In this document: piece by piece, positions 1 to 8,924 of the stretch
Layout: each line of letters begins with the position of its first letter
Numbering within the stretch: the stretch's first letter is position 1
Assembly: GCA_035277405.1 (NCBI GenBank)
Contig: DATEKP010000081.1
Coordinates: 1-32,640 of the forward strand
DNA length: 32,640 bases
Source of the DNA: Stellaceae bacterium
GTDB taxonomy: Bacteria; Pseudomonadota; Alphaproteobacteria; ATCC43930; CGMCC-115725
Direction of reading: 5' to 3'
The notes under the pieces: generated by a model
Database searches by the model: none
What the model was told of the DNA's origin: nothing
Seen by the model: the letters and a program-made list of their open reading frames with translations, nothing else
Position numbers and translations under genes: made by a program

Positions 1-447
1 GGTGCCGACATTGATGCCGCGTCTCTTGCCGAGCGCGTTCAGGTAATCGCCGACCGATTCCCAGGTGACATCGACCCCGGCCTTCAGCACCGGCAGCGGG
101 ATCTGCTCGGCGTCGGAGAAGAATTCGAGATACCACTCGCCGTCGCCCGGGCGCACCGGGGCGATGACCTGGCCGCACTGGCCGACGATGACGGTCGTGT
201 GGCCGTTATGCACCCAGGAGCCGCAATAGGGGTCCCACACCGCCTGCGGGTCGAAATGCGTGTGATGGTCGATAAAGCCCGGCGCGACGACCCGCCCCTC
301 GGCATCGATCGTGCGCTCGGCCGCCGCTCCGGCGTATTTGCCGACGCCGACGATCCTGCCCTGGTGCACGGCGACATCGGCCGCGAATGCCGGCTCACCC
401 GAACCGTCGACGACGCGGCCGTTCTTAATCAGCAGATCAAAGGACAT
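1..447 (-). CDS. N-acyl-D-amino-acid deacylase (D-aminoacylase) family amidohydrolase, N-terminal part; the 3' end runs off the left edge
   Basis: The ORF track omits it because it is open to the window edge. A reverse-strand ATG at 447..445 gives MSFDLLIKNGRVVDGSGEPAFAADVAVHQGRIVGVGKYAGAAAERTIDAEGRVVAPGFIDHHTHFD... This has the typical N-terminus and HxH metal motif of amidohydrolase-3/D-aminoacylase proteins, with 149 in-frame codons down to position 1. Confidence 0.8.
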   Translation of the reverse strand, partial: MSFDLLIKNGRVVDGSGEPAFAADVAVHQGRIVGVGKYAGAAAERTIDAEGRVVAPGFIDHHTHFDPQAVWDPYCGSWVHNGHTTVIVGQCGQVIAPVRPGDGEWYLEFFSDAEQIPLPVLKAGVDVTWESVGDYLNALGKRRGINVGT

Positions 448-622
448 GGCATTCCTCCCGTTGCAGCATCGGCCAGCTGACGGGCGCGCCCGCCTCGGCT
501 TTTGGGCTATCGCAGAACCGCAGGTTAAGGCATCGCGCCAGGTGCGACAATATGTGCGCCGGGCAGGTCTGGTAGGCGCGATGCGAGGAGTACGAGCGGC
601 GGCTGGCCTTGGCAATCTTGTC

Positions 623-696
623 GTCCCTGCGCAAGCAGGGACCCGCTCCTCAACCACTTACGAGGCGGCCCGGTGGGTCCCGGCTTTCGCCGGGAC
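623..696. repeat. Pair of REP-like GC-rich palindromic hairpins in a divergent intergenic region
   Basis: GTCCCTGC-GCAA-GCAGGGAC lies at 623..642 and GTCCCGGC-TTTC-GCCGGGAC at 677..696. Both are perfect 8-bp stems with 4-nt loops and share GTCCC/GGGAC arms. They sit between the divergent starts at 447 and 774. Confidence 0.5.
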
Positions 697-773
697 TAAT
701 TGTGCGGGAATGACGATTCCATCCGCTCAAACAAAGCTCTAAGGTCGCGGCCACAACCGGACGGGATTCTGCC

Positions 774-1553
774 GTGTCCGACATTTCCGTCTTTCGGCCG
801 GAGCTGGGCGTCGCGGTCGTGACGATCGACCGGCCGGCGCGGCGCAATGCGCTGAACCTCGCCGCCTGGCGCGACCTCGCCGCCGCCTTTCGCGCGCTGG
901 CGCAACAGCGCGAGGTCCGGCTCGTCATTCTGACCGGCGGCAGCGGGCATTTCTGCGCCGGGGCCGACATCAGCGAGTTCGCCGAGCTGCGCGCGGACAG
1001 CGCCGGCGGCGCCCGCTACGAGCGCGAGGTCGCTGCCTGCTATGAGGCGATCCGCGCCTTGCCGCAGCCGAGCATCGCGGCGATCGAGGGGTCCTGCGTC
1101 GGCGGCGGCGTGGCGATCGCCTTGTGCTGCGACTTTCGCGTCATGCACCGCGCCGCCCGTTTCGGCATCCCGGCAACCAAGCTCGGCACGATCTACACCG
1201 TCGATGAGTGCCGTTTCCTTTATTCGGTCGTCGGCCTGGCCAACGCCAAGCGCATCCTCTACGGCAGCGAGCTGTTCGATGTCGTGGCGGCGCGCCAGAT
1301 GGGGTTCGCCGATGTCGTGGCGAAGGAGGGCGCGGTCGATGCGGCGCTCGATTTCGGCGCGGCGATGAGTGCGAATGCGCCGTTGGCGATCGCCGGCACC
1401 AAATTGATCCTGCAATCACTCGCCGCCGGCGAGGTCGAGCGGCGGCGCGACGAGATCGCGATGCTGATCAAGGGGGCGCTTGACAGCGAAGACTATCGCG
1501 AGGGCGCGCGCGCCTTTCTCGAAAAACGCCCGGCCCGGTTCATCGGCCGCTGA
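774..1553 (+). CDS. Enoyl-CoA hydratase/isomerase (crotonase) family protein
   Basis: 259 aa with a GTG start. Crotonase signatures are present: VAVVTIDRPARRNAL, LTGGSGHFCAGADISEF, EGSCVGGGVAIALCCDFR and a C-terminal FLEKRPARF. Confidence 0.9.
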   Translation: MSDISVFRPELGVAVVTIDRPARRNALNLAAWRDLAAAFRALAQQREVRLVILTGGSGHFCAGADISEFAELRADSAGGARYEREVAACYEAIRALPQPSIAAIEGSCVGGGVAIALCCDFRVMHRAARFGIPATKLGTIYTVDECRFLYSVVGLANAKRILYGSELFDVVAARQMGFADVVAKEGAVDAALDFGAAMSANAPLAIAGTKLILQSLAAGEVERRRDEIAMLIKGALDSEDYREGARAFLEKRPARFIGR

Positions 1554-1568
1554 GCCGCGACCCGCAAG

Positions 1569-1769
1569 TCATCGTCCGGATTTGTTGCGGGATGTCGCGT
1601 CTCGCGGCAATCTCAACGGGTTGAGATATTTTTGGAGCACGTTGTGACGTTCAATCGCCGGACGATCCTGCGCGACGTTCAGCATTTTCTCGATCTGCTG
1701 CTGCTCGCGCTCGTCGTGTGGCTTCTGCTCGCCGTAATGCGCATCGTCTGACACGACCGCGTTCGTCAT
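1569..1769 (-). CDS. Small hypothetical protein (66 aa), weakly supported
   Basis: This is the internal ATG (1769) of track ORF 1569..1949, giving MTNAVVSDDAHYGEQKPHDEREQQQIEKMLNVAQDRPAIERHNVL... The first half has GC-rich third codon positions. There is no recognisable motif and no clear RBS. Confidence 0.3.
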   Translation of the reverse strand: MTNAVVSDDAHYGEQKPHDEREQQQIEKMLNVAQDRPAIERHNVLQKYLNPLRLPRDATSRNKSGR

Positions 1770-1939
1770 CCGCTCTGTTTTCGGCTTGAGGAGCGCCCGG
1801 TCCGGCCGCCGGGCGCGCGCCGCCGCACAACCAGCGAGGGGCGGAACGGCCGGCCCTGCCCCGCGTTGGTTGGCGAGCTTGGGCGAGCCGAGGGGGCGCG
1901 GGAATTGGGCGAAATCCGCAACGGCCGGATTGCGGCGCG

Positions 1940-2617
1940 ATGCCGACAAGGCTGACGGCGCGGCCCCTCGCGGCCTTCTGCGCGCTGGCGGTCATCGGCA
2001 CGGCGGGCATCCGATCCGCCGCCGCCGCACCCGCGGGCGAGGCGGTCCATCGCAAGCAGGAAATCTGCCGCGCCGTCGATGATGCGGCGGCTGCCAACCG
2101 CCTGCCGCCCGCCTTTCTGACGCGGGTGCTGTGGGTCGAAAGCCGCTTCCGCAGCGATGCTCTGAGCCCCAAGGGCGCCGAGGGGATCGCGCAATTCATG
2201 CCGACGACCGCGGCCGAACGCGGCCTCGCCGACCCGCGCGAGCCGATCGCTGCGATCGGCGAGGCGGCGCGGCTGCTCTCCGATCTCGCCGGCCGGTTCG
2301 GCAATCTCGGGCTGGCCGCGGCCGCGTACAACGCCGGCGCCGGCCGGATCGACGGGTGGTTGCATGCGCGCGGCGAACTGCCCGCCGAGACCCGCCGCTA
2401 CGTGCTCGCCGTGACCGGCCGCGCCGCCGAGGATTGGGCACACCCGCCCGGGACGTCGCAGGCCGGCGGCGCCGATACCATGGCGTGCCTGCAGGCGATG
2501 GCCGAGATCGGGAAGCTTGCGCCCCTCGGCACCGCCTGGGCGGGCGGCGGCAGCACGCGGCTGACGCGGCTTCTGGCGCGCGCGACCGCGCTGTTGCACT
2601 CGGCCGCCCTGCGCTGA
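1940..2617 (+). CDS. Lytic murein transglycosylase (SLT domain) with N-terminal signal peptide
   Basis: 225 aa. Signal-like N-terminus: RPLAAFCALAVIGTAGIRSAAA. SLT core: VLWVESRFRSDALSPKGAEGIAQFMPTTA ... AAAYNAGAGRI, which contains the catalytic Glu-Ser and the AYNAG motif. Confidence 0.85.
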   Translation: MPTRLTARPLAAFCALAVIGTAGIRSAAAAPAGEAVHRKQEICRAVDDAAAANRLPPAFLTRVLWVESRFRSDALSPKGAEGIAQFMPTTAAERGLADPREPIAAIGEAARLLSDLAGRFGNLGLAAAAYNAGAGRIDGWLHARGELPAETRRYVLAVTGRAAEDWAHPPGTSQAGGADTMACLQAMAEIGKLAPLGTAWAGGGSTRLTRLLARATALLHSAALR

Positions 2618-2627
2618 GGTTCCCCGG

Positions 2628-4001
2628 CTACCGCTCGCCTGTTTGCCGCGCCGCGATCTCCAGCGCCCGCTGCCGGCGGCCGAGCCACAGCGCGTTGACC
2701 AGCCACAACCCGGCCGCGACGATCGCGGCGGCGGTGGCGAGCGCGCCGCCGGCCTCGCGCAACAGGGCGGTGGACCACGCGCCGAGCTGATCGCCGAGGC
2801 GGTAGATGAAGGTATCGATGAAGCCTTTTGTCTTGTAGCGGTCCTCGCGCGGCGCGACCGTAAACAAGAGTTCGCGGGTCGGCCGCGCGATCGCGTAGTC
2901 GCCGGCGCGCCGTACGATCTGGACGACGGCCAGCATGCCGGCGCTCGGCAGCAATGCCAGCGCACCGAAACCGATCATCGTGAAGGCCGGCAGCAAGGCC
3001 AAGGTCAGCGCCACCCCGAGCGAGACGACAATCCGCCCGGTCAGCAGCAGCTGGATGAACAGGGTCAAGCCATTGACGCAGAGGTCGATCGTGGCGAAGA
3101 ACGCGGTCTGCGCGCCGCGCTCGGCAAAGCTGCGGCTGACGATCGCCGCCTGCTGGAAATAGAGAAAGGTCGAGGTCGTCGCATAGAGCAGCAGAAACGC
3201 CGCGATGTTGAGCAGATAGGGCGAGCGCACGGCATGGGTGACGCCGGCGACGATGCTGCCGCCGATCGGCCGCTCGTCGCGCGCCGAGACCTGCTCCGGG
3301 CGTGCCTGCAGCGCCGGCGACAGCACAGCCAACCGCACCGTGCTGAACACCGCCAGCTCGAGCAGCGCCGCGGCGCCCACCAGCAGCAGGCCAGGCGGGA
3401 CGTGGCGCGCCAGGATCGCCGTCGCGGCCGAGCCGACGATCGCGCCGAGCGTCGCCCCAGCGGCGATGAAGCCGAACAGCCGCCTGCCCTGTTCGGCGCT
3501 GAACAAATCGACATTGAGCTGCCAGAACACCGAGACGACGAACAGGTTGTAGATCGAAATCCAGACGAAGAAGGCGCGCCCGAGCCACACGCTCTGCTGG
3601 GCATCGACGAAATGCAGCGCCGCCGCGAAGGCGAGGATGTTGAGCGCGAAGAAACGGTACGTCAGCGGGATGAAGCGGCGCCGGGGCAATCGCTTGACCA
3701 GCGCGGAAAACAGCAGGTTGGCCACCAGCATGCCGGCGAAGGACGCGGTGAACAGCCATTGCAGGTTTCCGACCCCGCCGGCGACGCCCATTTGCTCGCG
3801 GATCGGCCGCATGATGTAGTAGGACGACAGCACCGCGAAGATCGACAGCCAGCACCACAGCGCGACACGCACCTCGTCGGGCCGCACCGCCACCACCCTC
3901 AGCAGCAGGCGGTGGGCAAGGCCGGGGCCGGCCGCAACCGCGGCACGCGAGTTGTCCGTCACCCTGCGAATTGCTCCTGTGCGGCATTCGCGGCCCGGCA
4001 A
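2628..4001 (-). CDS. Polytopic MFS-type transporter resembling the TLC / NTP-NDP exchange (Npt-like) family
   Basis: 457 aa when read from the most upstream TTG start. It has many hydrophobic segments. The N-terminal signature RPDEVRVALWCWLSIFAVLSSYYIMRPIREQMG is typical of this family. The start is uncertain; GTG at 3962 is an alternative. Confidence 0.72.
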   Translation of the reverse strand: MPGRECRTGAIRRVTDNSRAAVAAGPGLAHRLLLRVVAVRPDEVRVALWCWLSIFAVLSSYYIMRPIREQMGVAGGVGNLQWLFTASFAGMLVANLLFSALVKRLPRRRFIPLTYRFFALNILAFAAALHFVDAQQSVWLGRAFFVWISIYNLFVVSVFWQLNVDLFSAEQGRRLFGFIAAGATLGAIVGSAATAILARHVPPGLLLVGAAALLELAVFSTVRLAVLSPALQARPEQVSARDERPIGGSIVAGVTHAVRSPYLLNIAAFLLLYATTSTFLYFQQAAIVSRSFAERGAQTAFFATIDLCVNGLTLFIQLLLTGRIVVSLGVALTLALLPAFTMIGFGALALLPSAGMLAVVQIVRRAGDYAIARPTRELLFTVAPREDRYKTKGFIDTFIYRLGDQLGAWSTALLREAGGALATAAAIVAAGLWLVNALWLGRRQRALEIAARQTGER

Positions 4002-4026
4002 CCGCGCCGGGGATGCGCGCGGGCGG

Positions 4027-4776
4027 CTACTGCAATCCGGCCGCGATCTGGCGGATTTCCGCCGGCGTGTGTTCGCCTCCGAGCGGTGTGCCGGGCACCA
4101 GATATTTGCCCTTGGCCAGCCCGCCGACCAGCACCGGCTCGAAGCCGATCTCCTTGATCAGCGCGCTCGCCACGGCGATCGCGTCCTTGTCGTCGCCGGC
4201 GATCGGGACGCCGACCGGCTCGCCCTCGCGGTGGGCGTCCTTCGCCAGTTTGCTGGCGCCGATCGCGTTGAAGCCGCGCACCAGCCGCGCTCCCGGCAGA
4301 AGCTTCTGCGTCGCGAGGCCGGCGCCGCCCTGGGCCTCGGCCCATTTGACGATCTCCTCGCCGTCGCGCCGCGGGCTCGGGTTCGAGACGTCGAGGACGA
4401 GCTTCTTCGCGGCCAGCGCCTTGCCGTAATCGCGGCCGATCTGCTCGACCGCGCCGTATGGCACGATCAGCAGCACGACATCGGCGAACGCGACCGCGTC
4501 GGCGACCGAGCCGGCCTTGGCGTTCGGCCCGGCGGCGGCGACCAGTTCCGTCAGCTGCTCCGGATGGCGCGAGGAAAACATGACCGGATGACCGGCCTTG
4601 GCAAACAGCGTCCCGAGCGCGCCGCCCTCGCGCCCGGCGCCGATCGTCGCGATCTTCAGCGGAGCGGCCGCTGCTCCGCTTTGGGCGCGCCCGGCGGCCG
4701 GCAATCCGATCACGGCGGCGGTGGCCAGCCGCAGGAAGGCGCGGCGGCTGCCGCGATGCGTCAGAGCCAGGGACAT
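4027..4776 (-). CDS. NAD(P)-binding oxidoreductase (F420-dependent NADP reductase-like Rossmann protein) with twin-arginine signal
   Basis: ATG at 4776 is preceded by GGAG. The product begins MSLALTHRGSRRAFLRLATAAVIGLPAAGRAQS (Tat motif SRRAFL), followed by KIATIGAGREGGALGTLFAKAGHPV (GxGxxG). The track start at 4944 adds an Arg-rich, non-protein-like extension. Confidence 0.8.
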   Translation of the reverse strand: MSLALTHRGSRRAFLRLATAAVIGLPAAGRAQSGAAAAPLKIATIGAGREGGALGTLFAKAGHPVMFSSRHPEQLTELVAAAGPNAKAGSVADAVAFADVVLLIVPYGAVEQIGRDYGKALAAKKLVLDVSNPSPRRDGEEIVKWAEAQGGAGLATQKLLPGARLVRGFNAIGASKLAKDAHREGEPVGVPIAGDDKDAIAVASALIKEIGFEPVLVGGLAKGKYLVPGTPLGGEHTPAEIRQIAAGLQ

Positions 4777-5019
4777 AAAGGCGATCTCCGCAGCGAGGCC
4801 ACGGCGATTATACGGTTGGTCCGCCCGATACCGCCCTTCACGATTGCGCCAGCCGACGCGACCGCACGGCGATCGGCGATGCAGGACTTCCGAGGCAGGA
4901 TCCAACTCCGCGGCCCTCGGTAGTCGTCGCACCCTCACCCTCAACCCGGGCTGAGCGCGACGCGAAAACCCGCTCTTTCATAGACCGATCCGCGTTGCCA
5001 GAATGCCCGCCAGCCCAGC

Positions 5020-7074
5020 ATGGAGCCGGTCATGTCCGTCCAGGAGCGCGCCGGGGTCTGTACTCTCGATTGCCCGGACGCTTGCAGTCTCACCGTAACC
5101 GTGGACGAGGGCCGCATCCTCAAGGTGCGCGGCTCGCATGCCTTGCCCTACACGGCAGGAGTCATCTGCGACAAGGTAATGCGGCACAGCGCCGAGTTCG
5201 TCCACGGCGAGGGCCGGCTGTTATGGCCGCTGCGGCGGGTCGGGCCGCGCGGGTCGGGGCAGTTCGAGCGCATCGGATGGGACGACGCGCTCGGCGAAAT
5301 TCATCAGCGCGTCACGGCGGTGATCGACCGGTTTGGCCCGCAGGCTGTCATGCCCCTGAACTATGCGGGCCCCCACGGGATGCTGTCGGGCGACAGCATG
5401 TCCTTGCGGTTTTTTCATCGGCTGGGGGCGAGCCAACTCTACCGCCGGGCGTTGTGCGGCGGGGTGCGCAGCGAGGCGTGGGCCGGGACGTATGGTGCGG
5501 TGCCCGGCATCGGACCGGAGGCGGCCGCGAATGCCGCCTTGAACGTCGTATGGGGCAACAACGCGACGGTCTCCAACCTGCACCTGGTTCGCCAGGTCAG
5601 AGCGGCAAAGCGCAAAGGCGGGCGCCTCGCCGTCATCGACCCGCTGCGGACCAAGATCGCCGAGCAGGCTGATCTGCATTTGGCATTGCATCCCGGCACC
5701 GACGTGCTGCTCGGGTTCGCGCTCGCCGCCGAGTTGGAGCGAGTTGGCGCGCATGACCGCGCATTCATCGGCAAGCATGTCGGCGGCTACGAGGAATTCA
5801 TGGCCGTGGCGCGTGCGTGGCCGGCGGACCGGGCCGCACAAGAGTGCCGTGTCGCCTCGGACGACATCCGTCTTCTTGCCCGATGGATGGCCGAGGCCGA
5901 CCCGTTGGTATTGGCACCCGGCAACGGGCTGGAGCGCGGCCGGAACGGCGGCAGCGGCATCCGCTCGGCAATCGCATTGCCGGCATTGCTCGGCAAGATG
6001 GGACGCCGCAGCGGCATCGTGCTCGGCGCGAGCAATGCGTTCCCGAAAACCCCCGCCCGATTGCAGCGCCCCGACCTGCTGCCGCCCGGAACTCGGACGA
6101 TCAACATTCTCGATGCCGGCCGTCACCTGGAATGCGATGACGTCGACCCGCCGCTGCGCGCCGTGTTCATCTACAATCACAATCCTGTCGTCGTGCACCC
6201 CGATCAGAACCGATTAAAGCGGGGCCTCGCGCGCGAGGAGATTTTTCTGGTCGGCATCGAGATCGCGATGACCGAAAGCATGCGGTTCTGCGATATCGTC
6301 CTGCCGGCCGCGTCGCACTTCGAGTGCGACGATCTTTATTCGTCCTACGGTCATCACTGGCTGCAACGCACGGAGGCGGTCATCCCGCCGGTTGGCGAGG
6401 CACTCCCGAACACGGAAATTTTCCGCCGGCTGGCGGCGCAATTCTCGTTTGATGATCGGTGCTTCCGGGCGAGCGACCGAGACCTGATGGATGATGCGGT
6501 CGATCCGAGCGACCCTCGCTTGCAAGGGCATAGGGGCAGCGAACTCCCCCTGGGCGAGGCTCTGCGGATGAACGGCCCTGACGGGCAGCAACTGGCTCTG
6601 CTCGATAACGTGATGCCCGCGACCCCGTCGGGCCGGATCGATTTGGCCTCGGACGTGCTGGCGAGCCGGTGGGGGCAAATGGCGCGCCTGCCGGGCTACC
6701 GTCCGCAGGCGAGCAGATTTCCGCTGTCGCTGATCTCGCCCTCCTCCTCCACCCGCATTTCGTCCACCCTTCTCGGCCGCGGCGGCAAACCCGGAGACGC
6801 GCCGCCGCTGCGCATGAACCCGGATGACGCGCGTTCGCGCGGCCTTGCTGACAAGACTTCGGTTCGGGTGTGGAACGATCACGGCGCCGTCATCCTGAAG
6901 CTGGAGATCACCGATGCGGTCCCGCCCGGTGTCGTAGCCTCCGAAAAAGGCGCATGGCTGGCGACGAGCCCGACCGGCCAGACGATCAGCGCATTGGTTT
7001 CCGCCGATGACCGGGCCGATCTTGCAGCCGGGGCCTGCTTCAACGATGCGAGAGTCGAGGTTTCGCCAGGCTGA
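5020..7074 (+). CDS. Molybdopterin-dependent oxidoreductase (MopB superfamily), no signal peptide
   Basis: 684 aa. N-terminal Fe-S cysteine cluster: GVCTLDCPDACSL. The length and C-terminal beta-barrel-like region (VRVWNDHGAVILKLEITDAVPPGVV) are typical of the family. The start could be ATG 5020 or ATG 5032. Confidence 0.9.
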   Translation: MEPVMSVQERAGVCTLDCPDACSLTVTVDEGRILKVRGSHALPYTAGVICDKVMRHSAEFVHGEGRLLWPLRRVGPRGSGQFERIGWDDALGEIHQRVTAVIDRFGPQAVMPLNYAGPHGMLSGDSMSLRFFHRLGASQLYRRALCGGVRSEAWAGTYGAVPGIGPEAAANAALNVVWGNNATVSNLHLVRQVRAAKRKGGRLAVIDPLRTKIAEQADLHLALHPGTDVLLGFALAAELERVGAHDRAFIGKHVGGYEEFMAVARAWPADRAAQECRVASDDIRLLARWMAEADPLVLAPGNGLERGRNGGSGIRSAIALPALLGKMGRRSGIVLGASNAFPKTPARLQRPDLLPPGTRTINILDAGRHLECDDVDPPLRAVFIYNHNPVVVHPDQNRLKRGLAREEIFLVGIEIAMTESMRFCDIVLPAASHFECDDLYSSYGHHWLQRTEAVIPPVGEALPNTEIFRRLAAQFSFDDRCFRASDRDLMDDAVDPSDPRLQGHRGSELPLGEALRMNGPDGQQLALLDNVMPATPSGRIDLASDVLASRWGQMARLPGYRPQASRFPLSLISPSSSTRISSTLLGRGGKPGDAPPLRMNPDDARSRGLADKTSVRVWNDHGAVILKLEITDAVPPGVVASEKGAWLATSPTGQTISALVSADDRADLAAGACFNDARVEVSPG

Positions 7075-7157
7075 CGACCGAGAATGAGCCGAGAGATCCG
7101 GAGCTCTTGTCCTGCCGGAAGCGGCGTCACCGACCCGGCTGTTGCGCATCGCACAAT

Positions 7158-7979
7158 TCAGCTCGGCAGCCGACGGAACCGCGCAATCTGGTAGGTCAGC
7201 CAGCCAGCCGCATGCAGCCAGCGCAACACCCGGCCGGCGTCGGGGTTCTGCTGCAATTCCGGGTGCGGGTCGGGCGCGGTTATTCGGTAGCTCGGCCGGG
7301 TTTCCGCGGTCCAATCTGCCGCGTGTTCCACACTCAGGCCGACCGCCCGGGCCCAGCGCAGCAGGCGGGCATGATCGCACCACGGCATCGGCCAGGGACC
7401 GTAGTCGCGGCGCAGCGCGGCGACGATCGCGTCGCCCGGCCACGGCGCCGCGGCGCCGGGGTCGCGCAGCAGGATATCGGAAAGAATCAGGCTGCCGCCC
7501 GGGCGCAGTACTCGTGCCGCTTCCGCGAGAAACGAGCGGCGCGCACTGAAATGAAACATCGCCTCGATGCAAAGCACAGTGTCAAAGGAGGCGGCGGCGA
7601 ACGGCAGGCTGCAGGCGTCGGCTGCGACGAGGCTCAGGCTGCCGCGCGCCGGCGGTGCGACGCTGCGGCAGATCTGCAATTGGCGGGGGTCGATGTTAAG
7701 GCCGATCAGCGCCAGCCCCGATCGAAGCGCCGCCAGCATCGCGAGAGCCCCGCCCAGACCGCAGGCCACATCAAGCACCCGCTCGCCGTCCCGCGGCGAG
7801 GCGAGCGCAATCAGCCGCGCGGTCAATCGCGCCTGGGCAGCAATGAATTCGCCCGGCTCACACGCCCCGGAAAGGGCGGGCGGATCGTCCCAATAACCGA
7901 GATGGACGTCGCGGCCGGCCTGCCCGGCATGATAGGCGGCGATCAGCCCGTCGACGTAGGCCAGAGACGGGCGGCGCAT
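7158..7979 (-). CDS. Class I SAM-dependent methyltransferase
   Basis: 273 aa. Motif I: RVLDVACGLGGALAML. Post-I/II region: FDTVLCIEAMFHF ... LRPGGSLILSD. The ATG lies 1 nt after the upstream gene's stop (TGA-a-ATG at 7983..7977). Confidence 0.85.
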   Translation of the reverse strand: MRRPSLAYVDGLIAAYHAGQAGRDVHLGYWDDPPALSGACEPGEFIAAQARLTARLIALASPRDGERVLDVACGLGGALAMLAALRSGLALIGLNIDPRQLQICRSVAPPARGSLSLVAADACSLPFAAASFDTVLCIEAMFHFSARRSFLAEAARVLRPGGSLILSDILLRDPGAAAPWPGDAIVAALRRDYGPWPMPWCDHARLLRWARAVGLSVEHAADWTAETRPSYRITAPDPHPELQQNPDAGRVLRWLHAAGWLTYQIARFRRLPS

Positions 7980-7980
7980 T

Positions 7981-8802
7981 TCAGCCCCAACACAAAACCT
8001 GGTCGCCGCCTCGGCTCTCCGCCATGAAGCTGCAGGCGGTCCATCGCGTCACCGGTCCCTTCACCGGGTTGACGCGATGCAGATACCGCCCGGAGTTGAA
8101 GAGGATCATCTCGCCCGGCGCGAGCCGGAAACGGACGCTCGGGATGCCGCCGAGGTTGAGCCGCGAGGCGTCCTCCGGCCCGTCGATCATGCGGAAGCGA
8201 CGGCCGCCGTGCTGCAGATCGAAGATCTCCAATTCGCCGCCGGCCTCCGGCTGCGAAAATGCAATGACAAACGAAAACAGATCGCTGCCGATCTGCGGCA
8301 CGATCAGCCGGTAGCTGTCGCGATATGCCTGTTCATTATCAAAATGCGGCGGGATGAAACCGCCGGTCAGATGAGCGCGCAATGTCGTGAACATGTGGTC
8401 GAGTTCGGGCTCCGACCCCGCGGCGGCGCGGTACGGCCGGCCTTCGTCGAGCGCCGACAGGAGCCCGCCAATGCGGGTTTCGAGATCGATGCTGCCGGCG
8501 AAGAGGCGCCTGAGCCCGGCGCGGAACTCCGGCGCGGCGCGGAAGTAGGCGACGAGATCGGGCGGCGTCAGGTTGAGATTCATGCCGAGGAAATGACCGC
8601 GCATCGCCGGCGGAAAGTCGCTGCACACCAGCCCGGTCCGGCCCGCTTCGAGCCGCTCCACGAGGCGGGCGCATTCTGCCGCGCCATAGACGCCGCGCAG
8701 CAGCAGACCATGGAACTCGGCGCGCCGCATCCGCCGGATCGCATCGGGAAAGCGCGCCGCATCGGCAGCGTCAATGGCGAGCGTGTCAAAAAAGACCGGC
8801 AC
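7981..8802 (-). CDS. Putative Fe(II)/2-oxoglutarate-dependent oxygenase (cupin/JmjC-like fold inferred)
   Basis: 273 aa with a GTG start. Candidate facial triad: H153-F-D155 (PPHFDNE, 8338..8346) and H242 (RYLHRV), with R253 eleven residues later as a possible 2OG-binding Arg. The functional call is motif-level only. Confidence 0.6.
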   Translation of the reverse strand: MPVFFDTLAIDAADAARFPDAIRRMRRAEFHGLLLRGVYGAAECARLVERLEAGRTGLVCSDFPPAMRGHFLGMNLNLTPPDLVAYFRAAPEFRAGLRRLFAGSIDLETRIGGLLSALDEGRPYRAAAGSEPELDHMFTTLRAHLTGGFIPPHFDNEQAYRDSYRLIVPQIGSDLFSFVIAFSQPEAGGELEIFDLQHGGRRFRMIDGPEDASRLNLGGIPSVRFRLAPGEMILFNSGRYLHRVNPVKGPVTRWTACSFMAESRGGDQVLCWG

Positions 8803-8924
8803 CGATCACATTCCGCCCCAGGGACCCCGTCCCACCCACCTCACCGCCTGGAAAGCGGCACATCTCGGGCCCGTTCGCTGCGCCTTTGCCCGGACGACAA
8901 GAGGCAGTAGCGGCAGCGTGCAGC

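Noticed and set aside
4777-5019. A Moco riboswitch or other leader RNA upstream of the molybdopterin oxidoreductase in the 243-nt divergent intergenic region.
   Set aside because: I could not recognise the conserved Moco-motif elements or a convincing stem architecture by eye. A covariance-model search (Infernal/Rfam) would be needed.
7075-7157. A rho-independent terminator between the convergent molybdopterin oxidoreductase and methyltransferase genes.
   Set aside because: Only weak 4-5 bp stems are visible (e.g. TCCGG...CCGGA with a 13-nt loop), and there is no U-tract on either strand.
8786-8863. A 25-aa Gly-rich ORF (MCRFPGGEVGGTGSLGRNVIGAGLF) in the only sizeable gap of the tailoring block, considered as a RiPP precursor.
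   Set aside because: It has no convincing RBS and overlaps the GTG start of the oxygenase gene. It contains no Trp for the halogenase and no leader-like region. It is also the tail of a longer junk-like ORF (8786..8986). It is worth a quick conservation check but cannot be supported from sequence alone.
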